55,859 nt of DNA from a virus: positions 1 to 55,859 of IMG/VR virus record IMGVR_UViG_3300045988_012935; one strand, given 5' to 3'. Each line of letters opens with the position of its first letter. Positions within the stretch are counted from its first letter, which is position 1. Of this stretch, positions 50,554 to 55,859 are shown in pieces. The translations under genes were made by a program, and so were the position numbers. The notes beneath the pieces are model-generated. The model had not been told where the DNA came from and did no database searches. It saw nothing but the letters and a program-made list of their open reading frames with translations.

Positions 50554-51343
50554 GCGATATTACTGGCTTAAGCTGATGGATGATTTTTTTGATAGTAAAC
50601 GGATCAAGAAACTTCGAAAGATGGCCGGTGGCGATACATATACGATTATCTATCTCAAAATGCAGCTATTGTCTCTGAAAAAAGGTGGCTACCTTGAATA
50701 CTCCGGTCTTGAAGATGAATTTTACAAAGAAATTGCTTTGGATATTGACGAGGACGAAATCAACGTTCAAGTTACGATTCAGTATCTTCTTTCCTGTGGA
50801 TTGCTTGAAACATCTGATTCTATCGAGTACAAATTACCATTTGTGCAAGATAACCTAGGAAGTGAGACGGCAAGTACGCGCAGAAGTCGAAAATCTAGGG
50901 AAAATGCACAAAAAACGTTGCAATGCAACAGTGGCGCAAAAACGTGCAACAATTTGCAACAAAAATGCAATGTAGAGATAGAGAAAGATATAGATAAAGA
51001 GATAGATAAAGAGATAGATACAGATAAAGAAAATACAAAAGAAAGTTCTTCCTTGTTCGATTTTGAGGATGCATGGAAAAAGACTTTTGATATATACCCT
51101 AAGAAAACAGCGTATAACACCGCTAAAACAGTTTGGATGGATAAAGTGCTAGAAGTTATCGAACCGAACCAACCGGACGTTGCAAGGCTGATTTACGGAG
51201 CCACAGAAGCATATTTGAGCGACTACCAAGAAAAGCATCCGGATGATGCAGCTTTTCAGTTCATCCCAAAATACGCCGAATGGCTGAAAGATGATTGCGA
51301 CTATTGGTTGCAGATTGCGGAGAAACGAGGTGGTTGCAGTTGA
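50540..51343 (+). CDS. Phage replisome organizer (DnaD-like N-terminal domain)
   Basis: ATG 50540; YYWLKLMDDFFDSKRIKKLRKMAGGDTYTIIYLKMQLLSLKKGGYL matches the replisome-organizer N-terminal family; contains iterons. Confidence 0.7.
   Translation: MAENKRYYWLKLMDDFFDSKRIKKLRKMAGGDTYTIIYLKMQLLSLKKGGYLEYSGLEDEFYKEIALDIDEDEINVQVTIQYLLSCGLLETSDSIEYKLPFVQDNLGSETASTRRSRKSRENAQKTLQCNSGAKTCNNLQQKCNVEIEKDIDKEIDKEIDTDKENTKESSSLFDFEDAWKKTFDIYPKKTAYNTAKTVWMDKVLEVIEPNQPDVARLIYGATEAYLSDYQEKHPDDAAFQFIPKYAEWLKDDCDYWLQIAEKRGGCS
50916..51033. repeat. Origin-like iterons plus GATAGATAAAGA tandem repeats inside the organizer gene
   Basis: TGCAAT/TGCAAC at 50919, 50924, (CGCAAA at 50935), 50945, 50955 and 50966; then gtagagatagagaaagatatagataaagagatagataaagagatagatacagataaaga. 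Confidence 0.8.
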
Positions 51344-52656
51344 CAGAAGCAGAGTTCGGAGTGATCGGGTGCATACTGATTGACAATGATGTGTTAAATA
51401 GTATCTGGCGGACGCTGAAACCGGAAATGTTTAGTTCAGATTTTGCGCAGGACACATACAAGGAAATGCTTGCCATGTATGACCGAAATGAAAGCATTGA
51501 CCCAATGTCTTTATCAATGGCACTTGAGAATCACAAATACACGCAGGAACAGATTAGCGAATTGATGAAATCCTGTATTACCGGAACAATCACTTCAACC
51601 ATGGTTAAAAGTTATGCCGATGCGGTTGCGAAAGAATACAAAGCAAGAACGGTTCGTGACATGTATCAGAAATCCAGTTTAAAACCATGCGACATTGATG
51701 ATACAATCAGCGATCTTCTTACGAGACTTGAACATTTGCAAGAGGGAAAAGAAGTAAAGTTAAAACCAATTAAGCAGATTTCAGTTGAGAATAAAGACAA
51801 ATATTTCAACGAAAGTGTTGGAGAGGGCGGTATAAAAATCGGGTTATCGCAACTTGATGATGCACTTGGAGACCTTGAACGCGGTGACGTAACAGTAATT
51901 GCTGCAAGACCGGCAGTTGGAAAATCCGCACTCACAACGCAGATTATTGGGAATATGTCAAAAAAAGGACTTAAAGTTGCGTATTTCAACTTGGAGATGA
52001 GTGATAAACAGGTGTATGAGCGATTTATTTCAAGGCTTGCGGAAATCGGCTTAACGAGAATCAGAAGGGCAAAAGCATTTCTTGGCGATGAACAGGAAAA
52101 ATTTAACCAAGCGAATGAAGAAATGAGTGATTATCAATTATGGATTGCATCTGGGACCGTATCTCCGAGGGAAATAAAGTCAGAATGCAGGCACCAAAAT
52201 TTTGATGTTATCGTTGTTGACTATCTGCAATTGCTTATGCCGGATAACAGATATTCCGGAAGAAATGAAGAAGTAGCATCAATTTCAAGAGGTTTAAAAT
52301 CGGTTGCAAGAGACTTAAATACACATGTGATAGCACTTTCGCAGATAACAAGAGCTTCCGAAAGTAGAGACACAAAAGAGCCTACCATGGCAGAGTTGAG
52401 GGAATCCGGGGCAATCGAACAGGACGCGTCAAACATAATTATGCTGTGGAATCTGTCAGACAATGACAAGGGAGCCAAGGGTGTAAAAATCGAGAAGAAC
52501 AGACAGGGAATGACAATGCGTGAAGCAATGGAGTTTGACGGAGATCACATGAAGTTTGTTGAAATCGAAAAACCATTCAATGATGTTGTTGCGGAGATAA
52601 AAAAGAAAGAACGCGGGGACGGATTCAAGCCATACAATGGCAATTGTCCGTTTTAG
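51340..52656 (+). CDS. dnaB: DnaB-type replicative helicase
   Basis: TTG 51340 after GAGGTGG; AARPAVGKSALTTQI (Walker A), VIVVDYLQLL (Walker B), LSQITRASE, ELRESGAIEQDAS. Confidence 0.85.
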   Translation: MTEAEFGVIGCILIDNDVLNSIWRTLKPEMFSSDFAQDTYKEMLAMYDRNESIDPMSLSMALENHKYTQEQISELMKSCITGTITSTMVKSYADAVAKEYKARTVRDMYQKSSLKPCDIDDTISDLLTRLEHLQEGKEVKLKPIKQISVENKDKYFNESVGEGGIKIGLSQLDDALGDLERGDVTVIAARPAVGKSALTTQIIGNMSKKGLKVAYFNLEMSDKQVYERFISRLAEIGLTRIRRAKAFLGDEQEKFNQANEEMSDYQLWIASGTVSPREIKSECRHQNFDVIVVDYLQLLMPDNRYSGRNEEVASISRGLKSVARDLNTHVIALSQITRASESRDTKEPTMAELRESGAIEQDASNIIMLWNLSDNDKGAKGVKIEKNRQGMTMREAMEFDGDHMKFVEIEKPFNDVVAEIKKKERGDGFKPYNGNCPF

Positions 52657-52667
52657 AGGTAGTGGTT

Positions 52668-52904
52668 ATGGCAAGTGCAAAGATTGAAAAGGGTTCGGAA
52701 GAATGGATGTTTTTCATGGATTTTTGGAAATTTCACCAAGACTACTACAAGGCGGATAATTGCGATGATTGGTATGTTGAAATGATGGATGCAGGAGAAA
52801 AGCTCATTGTGAAATATTCCAAGACAGAATTTTCAGATTTTGCAAGAGGTTTGGTATTTGAACATTTTGCAGAGGTGGAGAGAAAGGCAAGAAATGAAGT
52901 ATAG
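52668..52904 (+). CDS. Hypothetical protein
   Basis: ATG 52668 after GAGGTAGTGG. Confidence 0.5.
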   Translation: MASAKIEKGSEEWMFFMDFWKFHQDYYKADNCDDWYVEMMDAGEKLIVKYSKTEFSDFARGLVFEHFAEVERKARNEV

Positions 52905-53166
52905 AACTAATTCAGAGAAAACGGCTGAGAGAAACAGAATAAGAAGGTCTGAAGAGATTAGAAGTTATTATGATTCAAAGCCGGAGAAACGCGATCCGAA
53001 AGCATATGAACGTTTTAAAGCCGAATCTACAAATTACGGTAGCGGAAAGTTATGCGAATACGGAGATAAGACAAAGGTGTGCGATCCGAGTTGCCGGTTC
53101 TGGAATACCTGCATCAAGGGCAAACATCGGATAGAAGGGAGTACGAAAAATGAGCAACGCACTTAG
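52894..53166 (+). CDS. Hypothetical basic protein
   Basis: ATG 52894. Confidence 0.45.
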   Translation: MKYRTNSEKTAERNRIRRSEEIRSYYDSKPEKRDPKAYERFKAESTNYGSGKLCEYGDKTKVCDPSCRFWNTCIKGKHRIEGSTKNEQRT

Positions 53167-53749
53167 AAAAAAGAAAAAGCCGACATTCTTTACTAAGAAA
53201 GACACAATGATAATCGGTCGGAATGACTTTGAATCAAGGAATACAGAACGTGTAGTAATCAAATCATATAAGGATTATCAGGCTATTGGGTACATCATTC
53301 TGCATGACAAGTTTGGATTCGGTCAAAAACGCATGGCAAGGCTTGAACGGACGGTAAATGCATATTCCGAAGCTGCGGCAGAGGATAAAAACATGAACGG
53401 CGTAGCATTGGCGTATGTTCTGAAAGAAAAATACGAAGTGAATGTTACAGAAATTGTAAATAGCGTGCCGCAAAGCCAATTAATGAAGTTGTATGCATGG
53501 AAAGGACATTGCGTGGAACGTGAAGCATACAGGCTTTCCAGTGCATCGTTGTTTAACTATTTCGCACTGACACTTACGATTCTGAAAAAGGAATTTAAGA
53601 TAACAGCGAAACAGTTGCAATATTTCACGGACAAATTCATCGACTACATTGATACGTTAGCTAATTACAAGCAGTTCCAGTTGACGGTGCCGATGATAGC
53701 ACAGAGTTTGGCGGATGAGATTAAGTTTGTATGCGATTTGGAGGTTTAA
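53150..53749 (+). CDS. Hypothetical protein
   Basis: ORF track, 199 aa. Confidence 0.55.
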   Translation: MSNALRKKKKPTFFTKKDTMIIGRNDFESRNTERVVIKSYKDYQAIGYIILHDKFGFGQKRMARLERTVNAYSEAAAEDKNMNGVALAYVLKEKYEVNVTEIVNSVPQSQLMKLYAWKGHCVEREAYRLSSASLFNYFALTLTILKKEFKITAKQLQYFTDKFIDYIDTLANYKQFQLTVPMIAQSLADEIKFVCDLEV

Positions 53750-53750
53750 T

Positions 53751-54146
53751 ATGACGAATAAAGAAAAATACGGAAATGAGATCATAGAACTTGCGGTAAA
53801 CACAGGAAAGTTAGTATTAAAAAATGGAGAGCCTGCACTTTGCAGAGAAACTAAATGTGAAGAGTGTGATTTTTATGGGTTGGATTCGTGCAAAGGTAGT
53901 ACGTATAATTTCCACGAATGGCTTAATTCGGAGTATGTTGAGCCACCTGTTGATTGGAGTAAGGTTGCGGTCGATACGCCGATTTTGGTGAGAGATCATG
54001 AAAATCGCGAATGGACTAGAAGACATTTTGCAAAAATCAAAAACGGAACGGTGCTTGCATGGCGCGGTGGGGCAACGTCTTGGAGCGAGGATAATGAAGA
54101 GACTATTCCGTGGAAATTCGCAAAGCTGGCAGAAAGTGAGGAATAG
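53751..54146 (+). CDS. Hypothetical protein
   Basis: GGAGG RBS, ATG 53751. Confidence 0.55.
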   Translation: MTNKEKYGNEIIELAVNTGKLVLKNGEPALCRETKCEECDFYGLDSCKGSTYNFHEWLNSEYVEPPVDWSKVAVDTPILVRDHENREWTRRHFAKIKNGTVLAWRGGATSWSEDNEETIPWKFAKLAESEE

Positions 54147-54148
54147 AC

Positions 54149-54616
54149 ATGGAGAGATTAACAATTGATGAGATAATCGAGCATTGCGACAGAAAAACAG
54201 GAATGTACGAAAAAGCTTGTGATGTTAAGTATCTTGAAACAGCAGTTATGGGTAATGGGATAAAAGAATATTGGGAGCATAAACAGGTTGCTGAATATTT
54301 AAGAAAGCTCAAAGATTATGAGGACTTAGGATATACACCCGAAGAACTGAAAGTGTGCTTCGTAGGCACTCCTGAGGTATTGTACGCTATTGACAACAAC
54401 AGGGAAGAGGGCGAGAAAGTATACCCGATATATCCTGTTGATGGTAAACAGATAGAATATGACAAGAGCGGTATTTACTGGAATTGTCGAGATGACTACG
54501 GCGATTATGTAACTTTACCATTAAGTGGATTACATTATGATTATTTTGTTGACAGAGATGAAGCCGAAGCAAAACTGAAAGAATTGAGAGGTGGAGAAAA
54601 TGAAAGTAGTAATTAA
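54149..54616 (+). CDS. Hypothetical protein
   Basis: ORF track. Confidence 0.55.
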   Translation: MERLTIDEIIEHCDRKTGMYEKACDVKYLETAVMGNGIKEYWEHKQVAEYLRKLKDYEDLGYTPEELKVCFVGTPEVLYAIDNNREEGEKVYPIYPVDGKQIEYDKSGIYWNCRDDYGDYVTLPLSGLHYDYFVDRDEAEAKLKELRGGENESSN

Positions 54617-55181
54617 TATACCTAACGATTTTACAGGAGACTATATCGTTGACAAATTCAAAGATTTCTTTTCAAGGGTTATTGCAGATATTGATTGCAA
54701 AGGTATGTGTGGTAGATACGAGAAAGAAATTGCTGAAATGCTTTTAAAAGCATTTGACGATAGTGAAGAAAAGATTTCTTGCAACTGCAATTCAAGAGAT
54801 AATGAGCCTTGTTGCAGATGTGATAGCAAAGTTTCAGAAAATGATGATACAAAAAACAAAGTTACATCTCTGGAAATTATCGTAAGGATGATAGACAACA
54901 AGCCATATTACAAAATAAAGCACAAAAAAGTCGGCGAAGATTATTACCATGTAGGTTACAGTTCATTCAATATTGATAATGTATTGAAATGGCGTAATGA
55001 GTGTTTTGAGCTTGTTGATGTAAAAGCGACCAATGCCGACAGGATAAGGAATATGTCGGATGAAGAGTTGGCAAGTTGGTATGTAATTAAATGCGAAATT
55101 ATGATGGGAATTAAATGCCAAAAACCGTACAAAACTTGCAAGGATTGTATTTTACAATGGCTTCAATCAGAAGCGGAATAG
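54600..55181 (+). CDS. Hypothetical Cys-containing protein
   Basis: GAGGTGGAG RBS, ATG 54600. Confidence 0.55.
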   Translation: MKVVINIPNDFTGDYIVDKFKDFFSRVIADIDCKGMCGRYEKEIAEMLLKAFDDSEEKISCNCNSRDNEPCCRCDSKVSENDDTKNKVTSLEIIVRMIDNKPYYKIKHKKVGEDYYHVGYSSFNIDNVLKWRNECFELVDVKATNADRIRNMSDEELASWYVIKCEIMMGIKCQKPYKTCKDCILQWLQSEAE

Positions 55182-55191
55182 AGTGATAAAA

Positions 55192-55338
55192 ATGAATAAA
55201 GTTAGATTTGAGTTTCATCTTGCAGTAATAAAATTTTATTTTTCGATAAGGAATTTATTATATGAAAGATGTTGCGAACACATTATTAAAGCTGAGAAAA
55301 TTCTAGAGGAATTAGAAAGGAGAAAATATGGAAGATAG
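55192..55338 (+). CDS. Possible 48-aa protein
   Basis: ATG 55192, MNKVRFEFHLAVIKFYFSIRNLLYERCCEH..., TAG 55336-55338. Confidence 0.25.
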   Translation: MNKVRFEFHLAVIKFYFSIRNLLYERCCEHIIKAEKILEELERRKYGR

Positions 55339-55726
55339 ATACTTATTCAAGGCTAAGTTTGATGATTCCGACAGATGGGTTAAAGGGTAACTTATTGAAG
55401 TAAATGACACTTATTTGATTATTCCGAATCATGCAAGCAAAATATTAGCCGGTTGGTTTTCAACATCAAATATTATAGAAGTAAAGAAAGATACAATCTG
55501 CCGATGTACCGGCTTGAAAGATAAGAACGGCAAGTTGATTTGGGAGAATGATATTGTAAAAATAAATAATAGCAACGTGAATACGCTTATAACATTTAGA
55601 GATTTTGAAATTATATGTACAATTCCTAACGAAAAATATTATAAGCATAGGCTTGAATATGATACCGAATATGAAGTTATCGGCAACATATTTGACAATC
55701 CGGAGTTATTAGAAAGTGAGGAATAA
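55328..55726 (+). pseudogene. YopX-family gene interrupted by an in-frame TAA at 55388-55390
   Basis: AAGGAG RBS, ATG 55328, MEDRYLFKAKFDDSDRWVKG-stop-LIEVNDTYLIIP...CTGLKDKNGKLIWENDIV...EVIGNIFDNPELL in one frame. Confidence 0.6.
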
Positions 55727-55804
55727 TATGACAGCGAGTTAAGCAATTAAAGAATTACATGGAATAAGACCGAGAGGTGGTATCATCCCGCAAAAGAGAG
55801 CCGA

Positions 55805-55859
55805 GGCTTTAGATGTGGCAATACAGGCACTTGAAAAAGTAGAACAGTACCGAGCAATC
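55805..55859. repeat. 55-bp terminal direct repeat, right copy
   Basis: Exact match to positions 1-55. Confidence 0.95.

Larger units (their letters stand above)
1..55859 (+). mobile_element. Complete temperate siphovirus-type phage genome, circularly closed contig (unique length 55,804 bp)
   Basis: Integrase+attP, CI/Cro switch, replication, packaging, head, tail and lysis genes all present; bp 1-55 identical to 55805-55859. Confidence 0.9.

Noticed and set aside
1-55859. Genome-wide stop-codon reassignment (alternative genetic code)
   Set aside because: All large genes (TerL, portal, capsid, tape measure, DnaB, integrase) are intact in the standard code, and TAA, TAG and TGA are all used as terminators. 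Only two local in-frame TAA codons exist, and these are reported separately.

Overview
This window is a complete genome of a temperate siphovirus-type phage from a low-GC Gram-positive, Clostridia-like host. The first 55 bp are identical to the last 55 bp, so the contig closes into a 55,804-bp circle. Almost all genes are on the + strand. All family names are pattern recognition from the translated ORFs; no searches were run.

Gene order:
- 0-1.7 kb: small early/accessory ORFs.
- 1.7-3.2 kb: two adjacent DNA methyltransferase genes; the second is broken at a G8 tract.
- 3.2-5.0 kb: HTH regulator, tyrosine integrase, and an attP region holding a tRNA 3-prime fragment flanked by GTAATCAAA arm repeats.
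- 5.0-8.4 kb: terminator-bracketed cargo cassette of low-complexity, Cys-rich, C1q/BclA-CTD-like and HExxH proteins.
- 8.6-10.4 kb: leftward block of unknown ORFs with a GC-rich structured spacer.
- 10.45-10.9 kb: control region with three promoters, seven TATAAGGCACAAAA boxes and an RHH gene.
- 11-13 kb: early ORFs and an AP2-domain protein.
- 13.0 kb: intergenic second copy of the replication-origin iterons.
- 13.3-15.5 kb: putative TerS and MazG.
- 15.5-16.65 kb: RNA island with tRNA-Gln(UUG), Glu(UUC), Ile(UAU) and Ser(UGA), plus non-canonical tRNA-like and hairpin elements.
- 16.7-18.0 kb: six zinc-ribbon mini-ORFs.
- 18-39.9 kb: TerL, portal, scaffold, capsid, connectors with an embedded holin, major tail protein, -1 frameshift chaperone, cell-wall hydrolase, 1251-aa tape measure, a moron island (DUF4352-like membrane protein, leader/sRNA candidate, Bro-N protein), then Dit/Tal/fibres.
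- 40.2-41 kb: CI/Cro switch.
- 41-49.3 kb: antirepressor, SSB-like protein, Rad50/SbcC-like ATPase, RecT-like protein, MBL hydrolase.
- 49.2-55.8 kb: GIY-YIG nuclease, replisome organizer with internal iterons, DnaB helicase, small ORFs and a YopX-like gene.

Most notable observations:
- Two consecutive genes each carry an early in-frame TAA.
- Homopolymer frameshifts occur at a G8 tract in a methyltransferase-like gene and at two A7 tracts in a small ORF.
- The origin iteron module is duplicated.
- One operator box sits in the spacer of three promoters.
- An att-proximal cargo cassette has spore-coat/exosporium-like composition.
- The tRNA island contains unassigned structured RNAs.
- Lysis genes are dispersed inside the morphogenesis operon.
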